A stretch of DNA of 64,000 nt from a virus (Duplodnaviria > Caudoviricetes): the IMG/VR virus record IMGVR_UViG_2593339225_000003, positions 32,001 to 96,000 of that record; one strand, given 5' to 3'. Numbering within the stretch: the stretch's first letter is position 1; each line of letters starts with the position of its first letter. This document shows positions 32,017-45,816 of the stretch, piece after piece. The notes beneath the pieces are model-generated. The model worked only from the letters and a program-made list of their open reading frames with translations, had not been told where the DNA came from and searched no databases. Made by a program: the position numbers and the translations under genes.

Positions 32017-34812
32017 TTGCGGAGGTTGATTATGCTTTTAGAGTTCAAAACAAAGAGAAACACATACGGACATCGTAACTATCTGAGGATAGATACAGAG
32101 AAAAAAGAGTATTCAACGTTCTGCCGCCGGATTGTAGTTGACGGCGCGGAAATCAAGGCTACCGATATGAAGTCAATTTTAGCACAGGCAAAGGCGGACG
32201 GCTACACAGAGAACGATAATTATTAAAGAATAATACGACCTTAAAACGGGAGGTGGCAAAATGATTTGGAGCAGAAAAATTGAAGATATGATTTACCATA
32301 TCTATTATATGCACGATTGCCAAAATCAAACAAAACAAATGGAAAAATTGAAATCAATCTGTATGAATGAAATCAATTCACATCCAGAATTAAAGCAAGC
32401 ATTAACCGACGACAAAGCCATAGAATATTTCATTATTCAGATGGCGTTAGAAAACATAGCGTAAATAAAACAAGAATTTGATTGACATTAAGAGGTGATT
32501 ATAATGACATCCCGCATTTTCGTAAGAAGATTAAACACAAAACACATATACATTTCTGAGCCGTTCAACATTGGCACAGAGGAAAATCGGGTTATTGTTT
32601 GCCCGATTGATAACGAAATCAAATATATAAAGACAGATGGCGGATATATCGTAAGTGGAGAGGGTTATATTGTTGATAACGACAACGATAAAATCTCTGC
32701 AACGAAGAAACGCCTCGGAACATTCAAAGACGTAACATATACGGAAAGCAGAACTGAGGACGAATTATTTTAAGGAGGTAAACAAAATGAAATTTAAGGA
32801 GTTTCAGGACAGGATTATGGCAGTTTATGCCGCGAAATTTCCTAAGAGTTTATGCACCTGCACGCTTATTAAAGGTTTCGGAAAATACATCATCATTGAT
32901 TGTTACCTCGGTGCAGGTGATGACGAGTTCCCACACAGAATCGCGGAGAACGATGCAATTTACACAAAGTTGACAATCGACCTTCCGACGAGAAACTGGA
33001 CGGAAGAAAACGAACTGCCGGACACGATGACCCTTGAGGCTATCAGAAATTCAATCAAGCACAAGCCGCCGCAGGATGAGTCATATCTTTATTGCAAGTA
33101 CACAAAGGTTTCTTTCCGCAAGACAACAGGCGATGCCGAGAAGATAATCAAGGCGTTCACAAGGTTTGTTGACAGGCTTCACAATGAAATCTCCGAGCAG
33201 TATGCAAACGACAATCTGCTGCCGGACGATATGGAACTTTTTGCAAGAAAGTATGAGAGGTGCTAATATGTTAGTTTCTGTATATGACATCTGCTGCATC
33301 GTTGAACGAGAGGACAAGCAGATAATAAGATTAACCAGAGAGGACACGGGGCGCAAGTGTTTTGTCGGAGCAGCGACAGAAGTTAAGAAATCAAAATACT
33401 CTGACTATCGCGTGAGCAAAATCCGCGCGGATGGCGACAAACTCTGCATTAAGATTTACAAATTGTAAATAGCACAAAACATTCTAAAACGCCGAGAATC
33501 AAATGCAAGCGCATTTGTACTCGCATAAATAGCTTTATTTTTGCGAGAATTTGCCTGTATCGCATTTTCTCGGCAAGGAATATAAACATACTACCAACGG
33601 AAAAAATCGCGGCACGAGCCAAAATAAAGGAGTTTAGACTATGAAAAAGATTATTGCTATCACATTGATTATCATTATGGTTGTTTCTCTTGCAGCTTGC
33701 GGACAGGCAGAAACAACAGGAGCAACCGCAAAGAAAACAAACCTGACATTCACATTCAACGGCGCGGAACATACGGTATTGCCTTATTATCCCATCGAGG
33801 ATAATTATGTAATGCAGATGGCAGACAAAGGATATAAAAAGTTTGATATTTACGATACAAAAACATTAACGGCGGAAATGCTAACCAACCGCACAAATCT
33901 TCAAAGGGCTATTGTCGAGCGTGTAATCGGAATTGTAACCAACAAGGAACGCAAAGGCGACGGCAGGATTCTCAACACGGATAGCGAGCAGTACAATTAT
34001 ATCAGTTATAACGGATGTGATTTAGAGTACACGACCGGCACAATAATCGTTACATATTTGATGTACAATCCAAACACAAACTACGAGGACGATATTATTG
34101 AGCGATACGATTATATCCTTGATAAAAAATTCGAGGATTAGTATTGACATAATATGAACAGTATATTATAATAACCATAGACGGAAAAATTGAGGTGATT
34201 ATATGGCTTTACTTGCAGTCGTTTTAATTTTAATTGCTTGGGCGGTAATTGCTATTAGGGATGCTACTAAACCCACATTACCGCCGATAGATAACATTCA
34301 GGAGCATTGCAAAACAATTCAGCAGTTGCCGGACAAAAAGGCGCGGCAGAAATATCTTAAAAATTTATCCAAAAGAAAGTGAGGCACACTATGACATATA
34401 TTGCTAAATTCTGGCGTAGTAATCCACAATTAAAAAATGGCGGGTATGAAACCACAAGAGAAATTGAGGCTACAAATGCTCAACAGGCACGAGCAAAAGC
34501 GCGGAAAATCAGTAACCAATGTTTGTATGGTTCTATGGATTTATTAAGTATATCCCGCGCGGAGGATTAAATATGGCGCAAAAACTATCAGACGAAGCGA
34601 GACAGCATAAAAACAAATACAATGCCGAGTATGTAAAGCAAACCAAAGGTGCAGCACAACGCAAATGGAACGAGGAAAACAAAGAAAGGAAAAAACAAAA
34701 ATCTTTCTTTCTATGGTTGCCGCAAGACAAGGATATTCTTGACCATTTGGATGCTGTTGATAATGTTTCCGGCTATATAAAAGATTTGATTCGCGCAGAT
34801 ATTAATAGATAA
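32017..34812 (+). other. Run of small early hypothetical genes, including a putative lipoprotein (33641-34141) and an RHH-like protein (~34573-34812)
   Basis: ORFs with RBS; 33641 has a signal peptide with LAAC lipobox; promoter TTGACA-17-TATAAT at 34144-34172. Confidence 0.55.
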
Positions 34813-34913
34813 CCAAAATAGGGAACATTGATGTTGTGTGTTCAGCATAAATGTTCCCTAAACCATAGAAGGAAAATATCACGGCTTGCCGCGCAAGACG
34901 GGATTATAGTATT

Positions 34914-35603
<690 letters not shown>

Positions 35604-36016
35604 GAGGATATTGGTGCGGCTTGCAGCCTTAATTTGTCTTGTTGGTTTACAGCATTGCCGGATTTTTCGCAACCAACAATCCAAATATCCTTCTTATGGT
35701 TAAATACCTTTTCTTTTTGCGAGATTTGACTTCTCCTGCACTTTTATCACTAAGTAATATCAATTCATTGCTAACATTAAAAATGCAATACAGACGATTC
35801 TGACGGATTTTAGAGATATATTAAATTTACGACTATATATCCCGCCATTTTCTCTTATGGTTTTATTTGCGTTCTGACGGACTTTTTATTCACTAATGTA
35901 ATTTCATTCCTTTATTATAAAAACGCGATACAGAGCGATTCTCGCAATAACAGAGCTATTTCCTGTGGTTTCTTCATATCTAATGTAAATCACACAAAAA
36001 ATTTTTCAAAAAGGTA

Positions 36017-36045
36017 TTGACATACTATGAACATTATGTTATACT
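36017..36045 (+). promoter_or_regulatory. sigmaA promoter
   Basis: TTGACA-17-TATACT. Confidence 0.7.
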
Positions 36046-36126
36046 GGTTATTGTAATCAAGGTTTGGTTACAGAAATATAAAGGAGTGTATGTTATGAGA
36101 GATTTAACAGAGTACGTTGCAAGGCT

Positions 36127-36585
36127 ATGGATATGTTGGATTCCATCGGCATTAAATATGGAAACATTATTGATTGCACTGTGAACACACGAGCACAAAA
36201 GCGTTGGGGTCAATGTAGAAAAGTTCCCGGCGGTTATACAATCAATATCAATGCTGTCCTTCTTGACGAGCAAAACAGCGAGGACGGTCTGATGAATACA
36301 ATCTTGCACGAGCTGGCGCATAGCGTAGACGGATGTATGAACCACGGCGCAAATTGGAAAGCTGTTGCAAGCCGCATTTATTCAGCCTATGGTTATGAAA
36401 TTAAAAGGACTGACAGCGCGGAGGATAAGGGAGTTATTGAATCCACAAGACAGATAGAATATAAGTATCAGTTCCGCTGTGAGAAATGCGGTAAAGTAAT
36501 CGGCAGGGCAAGAGCGAGTAGGTTTACGCGCAATCCCGAAAGGTTTATCCATACCGGCTGCGGCGGACATTTTCAAAAAATCTAA
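36127..36585 (+). CDS. SprT-like zinc metalloprotease
   Basis: RWGQC, HELAH, HGANWK and a C-terminal CxxC. The RBS-linked ATG at 36095 is out of frame, so a frameshift is possible. Confidence 0.8.
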   Translation: MDMLDSIGIKYGNIIDCTVNTRAQKRWGQCRKVPGGYTININAVLLDEQNSEDGLMNTILHELAHSVDGCMNHGANWKAVASRIYSAYGYEIKRTDSAEDKGVIESTRQIEYKYQFRCEKCGKVIGRARASRFTRNPERFIHTGCGGHFQKI

Positions 36586-36716
36586 AATAAATCTCACAAA
36601 ACATATTGACAAGTTATAAAACTTGTGGTAGAATAGGTAACAGTAAAGGGCGGACATCCGCTCATAAATAAATCGGGTAAAATAAATATCACAAAACATT
36701 TTAGGAGGTTATCGCT

Positions 36717-39560
36717 ATGACAGGATTAGAAAGAGCATATGACAACATTAATAAATTAGTTGAGTTTTGCAATTCAAAAGAAACAAACACAACCTTCGGT
36801 GAGAACGGCAAGATTATCCACCTCATCAAAGATACCGTCGGCAAGGCAACATACATCTATGGTGAGTATGGTTTCGACAAGGATTTCTTTGTTCATTTGG
36901 ATAAGAAATTTGAGGTGGTTGCCATCGCTGCGGATAATGTGGTTTATATCGTTGACACTTATATGTTCAGCGACTATGAAATTACGAGGTCTGGCAAAGA
37001 ATTACCAGATGGCGTGAGATGGCTTGGCGACTATTACAATGAACTCAATGAAAAACTCACAAACGAGTTCTTCCCGCGCTATTATGAAAACCTTGTTCCG
37101 ACAGGCGTGGACAGCTATGAGGATTCAAGGCTTGAAGAACTTGCAAGGATTGAACTTCTCGGAAACGGCGAACCGCACAAAGGTCAGCTTGACAGGGATT
37201 CCAAAGTAACTGAATACGACATTGCGAAGCTCCTTGCCGGGTTTGAAAACGAACAGGAAATTTTCGCAGAATGTGTGAACAGAAGCGCAGGAATTTACAA
37301 CAGCAGAAAGTCCCGCGAAGTTGCGACAGCAAGATATATCGCAGAACACGACGTTGTTAAGGATTACGAACTGAGAATTGCCGAGGCAATCAGGAACACC
37401 GAAGCGAAGAACGTTGTTGTGTGGTTTGAAAAGCACAACAAGCAGTCATCGGCAAAGATTTCTCCGCAGAACATTCAGAGAGTGTTAATCCGCAAGTTTG
37501 ATTACTTCTCTACTTATGTATTTATGAACGGCGAAGAAGCAAAGAGAATGTTCTTTGAAATCGGCGCGACAGACAGAGGATGGGGAGAAAACCAGAACAG
37601 GCTGACAACAAAGGATATTGTCAAGATTATGTATCGCGGCAAAGCAATCTATCAGAGGGAGGAAGCATAATGGTAAACATTACTGAATATCAAAAATGTT
37701 CCTGCGGAGCAATCACGTTATATACGAATAACGGCGATGCTTATTCTTGCAAGCAGAAAAATCTCCGCAAGTTCTTCCCGAACATCGACCTCCGCAAAAT
37801 CGAGAGGTTGCCGGAAAGTTACTGTTGCAATCATTGCGTAAACCATTTCGGACTTGACCTCTGCGGTTGCGGCTCTGGCGAAGAATTTGGAAAATGCGAT
37901 GAGGGCTATCCCGAATGTAAACAGCCTATGCAGGTCGTTGGAAAATATACCCGCGTTTGCGCTGCTGATGCTTGGATATGAGGTGTGAAATGAACGACAT
38001 TGTAAGTTTACAGGAAATTCTGCGGATAGAGCAATCAATATCTGAATTGCTCAAATCCGCGCGGGATGACATCATAAAAGAGACTGAAACCACGGAAATC
38101 GAGGGCGTAAAAAAGATAAATGATTTCTGTTGTGTGGTTAAATTATCCAAACTCAGAAACAATATTTGGTCAGCGGAATATTATCTGCCGCACGTTCAGG
38201 CATCATATGTCAAAACGGCACTTGCAAGTGTTAAAACTGCCGCAGCGTTCGTGGAAAAAGTCGCGGATATGGTAGAGAATAGGCGCGTGAAAATCGGAAA
38301 GAATGTGTACTATCTGAACGACACGACAGTTGGTATTCTTATGCGACACTATAAGGGCTTAACGGAGGAATTGTAATGTCAGAGATTACATCCGGCAGAT
38401 ATGTTTCAACGGAATATTACGAAGATTTCAGCACTGGAAAAGCATATACAACATCACAGGGAACGCCGCTTTTGAAATATCAAGTAGTCATTGATGTTAA
38501 GGTAACGGAAAAATCGTATATCTTTAATTTGGTTGACTTCATCGAAAATCACGGATATGCGCCGCAGATTGCCGATATGTTCAGAGATAACAAGCGCGTT
38601 GCTATTAGGCGCGATAAGCCGAGCAAACACGCTATTCATACTTGGTCGGGCAATTCATTTACGTTATATCCTTATCGGGTTGGCGTTCCCTATGTTTTCA
38701 ACAAGGAGGAATAACTATGGTCTATAACTGTTTTGGATATTTTGAACTCTGCGATAAATTGTTTTTGGGCGTTCCATTGACGAATGACCATATGAACGAA
38801 GCAACGAAACAAATTTGTTCGTATATCCTTAAAACCGGCGGAGCAAAAAATATGCTAAAGCTCGGCGTTGGAATCCACACAAGAAGGCTTAGTGAATCGG
38901 ATAAAATCATAAGACAGCGGTTAGTCTATACGAAGGGTAGTCGCGCGGGTCAGGAGTTAGAAATACACGAAATAAAAAAACTGGGACACTTCCTGCGCGA
39001 TGGAAATTATGCCGACTATTACAAGAGAGAAGATATGAAGTAGATTGGAAGTGATAACCTTGCCATTTAATAAAAGCGACGAATACATTTCTGTGATTTG
39101 TCAGGATTGCGGAAAATCTTTTATGATTGACAAAAGCTATACAAATGTAATTAAGCGTTGCCCGATATGCCAAAGTAGGGCAAACAAAAATCAAAACAGA
39201 ACTTGCGGATGCTGCGGACGGAAATTCCCGATGGATAGGCTGAAATATGTTTCAAAAGAAAAATCTCGCACATCGTATCTTTGTTATGAATGTTTTGGCG
39301 ACTTTACAAAAAGCGACCATCGTTTGATTAAGTGGGCAGTTGAAAACATAATAAAGAAATACTGTAAACAGAGCGGAAAATCTTTTGAAAACGACATTGA
39401 AGGATATATAACTCTTTCAAGCGGAACGAAGGAAATCGAATCCGTCGAATACATTGATTATTTCTTTTGTCAAATGTTGGTGTATCAAGGGAAAAATGCG
39501 GTCAGGCAATTCGTGGAAAATTATACATACAATCCGGCGCAAAAGAAGCAGCCGGTCTAA
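36717..39560 (+). other. Hypothetical genes 36717-37670, ~37670-37981, ~37990-38376, 38376-38714, ~38717-39043 and 39045-39560 (two are Cys-rich)
   Basis: Contiguous ORFs after promoter 36606-36634. Confidence 0.6.
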
Positions 39561-39569
39561 GGAGAAATT

Positions 39570-40736
39570 ATGAAATTCAAACTCTCAGCTAAAGACTTCA
39601 AAAACATTATCGAGCGCGTAGCCGTTGTTGCTGCGAAGAAATCACCTCTGCCCATACTTGAATGTGTGCAGATTATTGCTAACGATGACACTGTTATGTT
39701 CCGAACGACAGACCTTGAGGCGTATGTAACCATCACGGCGAACACTGAGGTAATCGAGAATGGAACTGCTATTGTCGAACTCAGCAGCATTAAGAAACTG
39801 TACACAGTCAGCGGCGATGTTACATTCGAGCGGGACGGCATAAAATTCAGCGCATCCAACGGAAAGAAAAAGAATGAGATACCTTGTTATCCCGAATCTC
39901 AGAATGAACTTATGCCCGAGTTTCCGAATAATCCTCCGCGCGAATCCGCGATTATGACCGTGCCGGACAAAGCAGACTTCATTAAGGTTTTGGAAAATCT
40001 CGCGCCTTGCTTGAGTCCTGACCCCGCAAGAGTTATTTACACGGGATATAACATCAACAGCGGCAAGTATGGAATTATCGCAATAGACGGTTATCACGCA
40101 TTGAGTTTCTTAAACCCGTGGTGCGAACAGGGAAGGACATTCGACACTGTAATTCCCGGCTATACATACAAAATGTTGAAGAAAGTTTCCAATATCAAAG
40201 CAGAAACAAATTCGTTGGAACTTTACTATGAGGACGGCGGCAAATATATCTTTTATGTTGGCTACGATTATGTCCTCGCAACGAAGGTTATTGATGGAAA
40301 CTTCTGCGTTTTTGCGCGGATTGTCGATGGCGACGGCAGTTATAAACACTCATTCAGCTTCAGCGCGGACTCTGCGGGATTGTGTGCTATTGCAAAGGAA
40401 TATGCTGCGGTTTCAAAGGATAAAACGCATATTCATTGTATTGAGCTTAACGGAAAACTTGCGACGACCACGAGGACGTTTGATTTCCGAACGGCAGGTT
40501 GTGTGGATATTTTGGGCGGGAATTTGCCCGAAGGATTCCATATTCTGTTGGATTCCAAATATCTGTATGATATTATGAAAACTTTCAATGGCACAGATAT
40601 TACCATTGAGTGCGGAACAGAGATTACTCCGTGGAAATTTTACAACGACAATTATGTTGGATTGGTCGCGCCGGGCAGGATGGAAGGCGACGTAAAAGAT
40701 GATGCAGAATCGTATGTGAGGAACGCTTTTGCATAA
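39570..40736 (+). CDS. dnaN: DNA polymerase III beta-clamp homologue (divergent)
   Basis: KSPLPILECVQI...FRTTDLE N-terminus, AIDGYH, KVIDGNF and LDSKYLYDIM; 388 aa. Confidence 0.8.
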   Translation: MKFKLSAKDFKNIIERVAVVAAKKSPLPILECVQIIANDDTVMFRTTDLEAYVTITANTEVIENGTAIVELSSIKKLYTVSGDVTFERDGIKFSASNGKKKNEIPCYPESQNELMPEFPNNPPRESAIMTVPDKADFIKVLENLAPCLSPDPARVIYTGYNINSGKYGIIAIDGYHALSFLNPWCEQGRTFDTVIPGYTYKMLKKVSNIKAETNSLELYYEDGGKYIFYVGYDYVLATKVIDGNFCVFARIVDGDGSYKHSFSFSADSAGLCAIAKEYAAVSKDKTHIHCIELNGKLATTTRTFDFRTAGCVDILGGNLPEGFHILLDSKYLYDIMKTFNGTDITIECGTEITPWKFYNDNYVGLVAPGRMEGDVKDDAESYVRNAFA

Positions 40737-40863
40737 ATGGCTTTCTTTTCGATTTAAGCGTGTCCTACGCGCGGTTTTTGCGGAGAAAAAAAGTTAGGAA
40801 TGATATTATATTCCTAAATAGTTTGTCCGTTTTTAGTGGGTTTTATGGGGGGGGGAAAACTAA

Positions 40864-43800
40864 ATGAAAACATACATCCATTATGGCTCAAAACAATTCG
40901 ACAAAGAGCGTTTTACACCAATTCAAAATTGTTATCCGCGAAATAAGCCTATTGGCGGGTTATGGGCTTCCGAAGTTGGTGCTCGATACAGTTGGAAACG
41001 ATGGTGTGAAGGTGAGAATTACCGTACCGACCATTACAGAGCGGATAATTATTTCAAATTCACGATTGCAGAAAATGCAAAAATCCTTACTCTACTATGT
41101 GCAGATGATGTAAAAGCTATGCCAATGCTCGGCAAAGCTGGAATCGTTGATTATAAACCTGATTTTGAAGAAATAATGTCTTTGGGTTATGACGCTATTG
41201 ATTATCGTCTGAGCGATGAAGTTGGAGCATTTGCATTTGATAGCCTGTATTGGTGTCTGTACGGCTGGGATTGTGATAGCATTTTGATACTAAACAAAGA
41301 TATTGTTATACCAATTACGGAGGAATAAACTATGGAAAATTTTATAGGAATAGCTACTTGTTTCCTCTTTGGTGGAATAATTACAGGGGCATATATTATA
41401 TTCCGCTTATTGATTGAATTAATACTTGATAAAATCAGTTTTTTGGAATCAAAATGGCTATTAATCACATTGATTGTGATGTTTGGGTTATTTTTGCTTG
41501 TACTTTTAACAATACTATGTGGTGTAATAATCACTTTTGTATTTAATGCAGGAGGATAAAATGAAAGATTCAAGAAAGAAATCACATAGACACGATAAAG
41601 CTGTAAAGGCTGCGTATAACCTTCTTGTGAGTTATCGGAAACTTATGGAAGAAAAAGGTTAAGACGAATACGCGGCTGAAATTGAATCGGCATATAAAGA
41701 TTTATGGTGTGAATGTTTGAATGAAAAAGCACCGTGGTAATGCAAAGAAACGAGGTATATAAATGACTAACACTCTTTATGATTATGACCCGACCAAAGC
41801 CGAGCGGAAGGCTCTTGGCTACGATTGGGCGGAAAAAGCAAGACGGCAGTTTGAATTAGATAAAATCAACCGTGAGTTGAAAATAGGAATGGTAGTGTTC
41901 TTTATTAGCGGTTCAATAGGTAAACGGAGAGTTGATTTTGGAACTATTGACTTTCATTATCCCGGCGCGGTCAGCCTTGCACTATATGACGTTCCGCGTA
42001 AAAGAGCCATAGACGGCGTTCCTATTGACCAAATGCAATTTCCTACGCCATTCAAGAAATTACCGAAGAACTGGACGTATGACACGGAATTATATAAGGT
42101 GACATATTTGCCTTACCCGCCCGAAGTCGCGGAAGAAGCTAAACATCTTTCTCCGCGCAAAGCCGAGGATGTTAGGCGAGCTATTGACATCGGATTTATC
42201 GTTAATCGTCGCGACGTGGATTATAGTAATATCGAAACCAACTTTTCTAAAGGTGACGGATGGCAGATTGTCAAGAGAAGTACGCCGTTTTCTACGCCAT
42301 TGCTAAATACATATAAGGCAACGTATGAGATTTACCAAACATACGAAGAAGCCGAGGAAGTAATCAAAGCAGAGGAGCGACAGTTACAAATCGAGTCCGA
42401 GATGTCGGATGAGGAATGGTCTATCTATCAGATTGACAGAACCTTGTCGAAAATCTCTATGTCGGAAACGGATAGGGAACAGTACAGAAAATTTCTTTTG
42501 TCTTTGGATAACATTGAGGATGTCGTTGTCCGACTGAGCGACGGTACGATTCAGTGGAAATATGACCGAAACAAAAGATGGAATAACATCGAGGTATAAC
42601 TAAAATAAATAGCAAAAAACTTTTATATTTCTATTGACATTCGCGGAAAACCGTGATATAATAATAAAGACCATTAAGAGTGCGTAAGGGAACAAGCCCA
42701 ATGACCGTACACCAACCTACCGAGTGGCAAGGTGGTAATGCTTGTCTGTATCGCTACAATGATATAGAACCAATGGGAATCTTTTACACCTCTAATGAGA
42801 TAAATTAGAGAGGATTTGAAACAATGACAAACAACAGAACAATCAAAGAATTAAGCAAAAAGAATGGCAGAGTATATGTATTTCTTGCCAATGTAGAGGT
42901 CGGCGAGCAGTTCCTTCAGCAAGCCGAAGATGAGGGTTTTAACTTCGCGGACGGCGCAAAACCCACGGAACGCTGCTATGCTGAGATTATGGCGGTCAAC
43001 GGAAACAAGACAATCAACTTTGTCGGCGCGAACGGCAGGATTGCTTTCGGCAGCGGAGCGAAGAAGATTGGCGACCAGAAGTTAATCCGCGTGGACTATG
43101 AGAAGTATCTAACCGGCGCGGAAAACTATGAATACAAGCAGTAATATCAAGGTCAAGCAATGCCGAAGATTCAGCGTAGAGGAATAATATTCTTTATCGA
43201 GAAAAATATCCGTGGTGCTTGGGTTATCTATGGATTGGAAGGAATTAAGCAATACTATGGATATACCAAAGAACAGGCACGGCAAAAATATCTTGATGAA
43301 GCGCGAACAATAATAAATGAGAAATGAGGTTATTATGACAAAACTGAGAGTGTGGTGGATTCCGCAAGTTCCAATGGAAGCCTTTTACATTCCTGTCGAA
43401 TCGCCCGAAGAAGGTCAAAAGGTAATGAATATCCTTGCGACCTATGACTGTTTCCGGTATAACCACAATGTTAAGCCGGATTATGCCAACACGGGCGGCT
43501 TGGAATACTTCAATGAAGAAAGCGGCGAGTGGGAAGATTGGTACTTTGAGGACGAAAATTCCTACTATGACAACCTTGATGAATACATTGAGGAACAGTC
43601 CGACCGCGCGGCTGAAATTGAAGCTCAGAACAAGGCTTTACTCGAACAGGTGTATTTCGATTAAGAGGTGTTATGAATGTTAAACGTTGAAAGACGGACA
43701 GACAAAAAATTTTTTAACTGCAATAATTGCGGAGCAACGAATTATGAATCGGAATGGAATGATACTGTTGATTATTTAACGCATATTTCCACCGAAAACG

Positions 43801-43886
43801 GCAGCGGTTCATTTATTTGTATTAGGCTTTGTGATAAATGTCTTAAAGAGTTGAAAAATAAACTCAACGATATTCAAACGGACTAA
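40864..43886 (+). other. Hypothetical genes 40864, 41332 (membrane), 41763, 42824, 43317 and 43677
   Basis: ORFs with RBS. 43317-43664 (KLRVWWIPQVPM...DYANTGGL) resembles the phage family often annotated as superinfection exclusion protein. Confidence 0.55.
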
Positions 43887-43892
43887 GAGTTG

Positions 43893-44049
43893 TTTGCGGT
43901 GGCGGAATAGGTAGACGCTATAACGAGAGGTAGAGACAGACAGTGGTTCGATTCCACCCTTTGCAACTTGTAGGCGTAGTAGCCATAGCAAAGAGGCTCG
44001 TGTTGGTAATAATCGGTCTTATGTGAGGTGCAAATCCTCACCCGCAAAT
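43893..44049 (+). ncRNA. tRNA-like RNA with an expanded anticodon region
   Basis: Acceptor TTTGCGG/CCGCAAA, D-arm TGGCGGAATAGGTAGACGC, T-arm GTGAGG-TGCAAAT-CCTCAC; an insert with a second T-like hairpin. Confidence 0.65.
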
Positions 44050-44203
44050 GACTGCAAATAAAATATGTTTTTTATCGACGGAATAACCACAATATATAGT
44101 GGTATAAGAAAAACCAAACACAATATATAGTATGTGGGCGGGACGTGTAATCTCGTCCGCAAATAAACGCAAGTAAAATAAATAGCACAAATGATTGTGA
44201 GAT

Positions 44204-44761
44204 ATGTTTGTATATAGATATTATAATATAATGACAGACCAATTTGAATATGTTGGCGTGAATTTTGGGAATACGATAAACGAATTGATGAGGCGTGTAT
44301 ATAACCATAATTACCAAGATGATTGGTGTAAAAATGGATTTTATCGCATTGATTATATCGAGGTGATAAATAAAAGCGAAGCATATGCTTTAGAAAGCCA
44401 TTTGATTTCATTATATGAAACATTTCTCCGTCAAAATAAGGATAAATCTAATTATGGTATAAATAGTTTATTGCCAAAACATTTTGAATGGATTATATTG
44501 CGCTATGTGCGTGATGGCAAAGTAGTTGTTGTGCCTGAACTTAAAATTCGACAAAGACAATGCAAAAGTAATGTTAAAAGGGTTTTAGAATGGCTTGATA
44601 AAAAGTCTATTGGCGAAACATTTTATATTAAAGAGATGTTAGCCGATTTAGAGTTGAGCCAGCAGCAGTTAAAAACTATAAAGCGTGGTAATTTATACAT
44701 TAAAAATCTTCTTGCGAAAATGAGAATAAATCAGCGAAAAGGATTATATCAAAAAATCTAA
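44204..44761 (+). CDS. GIY-YIG-like domain protein
   Basis: FVYRY...EYVGV N-terminus, AYALESHLI helix. Confidence 0.5.
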   Translation: MFVYRYYNIMTDQFEYVGVNFGNTINELMRRVYNHNYQDDWCKNGFYRIDYIEVINKSEAYALESHLISLYETFLRQNKDKSNYGINSLLPKHFEWIILRYVRDGKVVVVPELKIRQRQCKSNVKRVLEWLDKKSIGETFYIKEMLADLELSQQQLKTIKRGNLYIKNLLAKMRINQRKGLYQKI

Positions 44762-44844
44762 AATAAATAGCAAAAAACTTTCATATTTCTATTGACAAAT
44801 GAAAGAATCGGAGGTATAATGTAAATAGTAAAAAACATTTAGGA

Positions 44845-45804
44845 GTGATTATAATGTTGAACGCTAATACACTTACAATTACATCTCCATTTCTTTTCCC
44901 GAATCAGGAATTTTATATGGAAGCTCCGGCGGAACAGCCGAAACTCAAAAAGGACGGAACGCCCAAGCGCGTAAAGTGCAACAAGCAGCGCGGCAAAAAG
45001 TCTGAGGTTTATCCCATTCAGGTCAGCGACATCCGCAGATTTATGGATTGGTTTGCAGACCACGGCAAGTGGGAGTGCTACCTTGCTTTTGTCATCGGTA
45101 TCAATATGGCACGTCGCGCAGGTGATACGCTTGCACTGAGATGGGAGCATTTCTTTAATGCAAACGGTACATTCCGCGCGGATTTGCTTGAAATCGTAGA
45201 GGACAAGACAGATAAACTTGCTAACCCGCACATCAACTCGGCAGTAAGAAAAGCAATCAATCTGTATGTCGAGAAAACGGGCGTGAATCCTGCGGATAAC
45301 GGTTATCAGAACTACGTATTTGTTCAAACGAGCGGAAACTACAAAGGTAGAGTTATTTCTTATAATGCTTATCGCCTTTGCTTGAAGAAAGCTGCGGACG
45401 AACTCGGTGTTGAGTATAACGTCGGAACGCACAGTACACGAAAGACTTTCGGTATGGTTTCTCGTATGCTCCACGCGGGCGATTATGACTCGATGGAACT
45501 TCTGCAAACTATCTACAACCATTCCGACACAAAAACCACAAAGAGCTACATTGGATTAACCAAGAAGAAGGTTGACCAGTATTTCGACGATATGGGCGAG
45601 TTCTTTGATGATTATGTGACGGGTGAAAAGACATTCACAGAAGTCGCGGAAGCTCCTGTTGTGAGTATTGACGTAAACGACCTGCGAGATGTTATCAAGA
45701 TGGCTTATAAGGCTGGCGCGGATAATGCCGGAACGACAGACCCCGCCGTTCACCTTGAGGCTATGAATAATCTTCTCGCTATGATTGACGGATTGCAGAA
45801 ATGA
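44845..45804 (+). CDS. Tyrosine recombinase/integrase
   Basis: R (ARRAGD), K (EDKTDK), HSTRKTF, YNHS and Y (KSYIG) catalytic set present; own promoter at 44792-44820. Confidence 0.85.
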   Translation: MIIMLNANTLTITSPFLFPNQEFYMEAPAEQPKLKKDGTPKRVKCNKQRGKKSEVYPIQVSDIRRFMDWFADHGKWECYLAFVIGINMARRAGDTLALRWEHFFNANGTFRADLLEIVEDKTDKLANPHINSAVRKAINLYVEKTGVNPADNGYQNYVFVQTSGNYKGRVISYNAYRLCLKKAADELGVEYNVGTHSTRKTFGMVSRMLHAGDYDSMELLQTIYNHSDTKTTKSYIGLTKKKVDQYFDDMGEFFDDYVTGEKTFTEVAEAPVVSIDVNDLRDVIKMAYKAGADNAGTTDPAVHLEAMNNLLAMIDGLQK

Positions 45805-45816
45805 GGTATATTTTGT

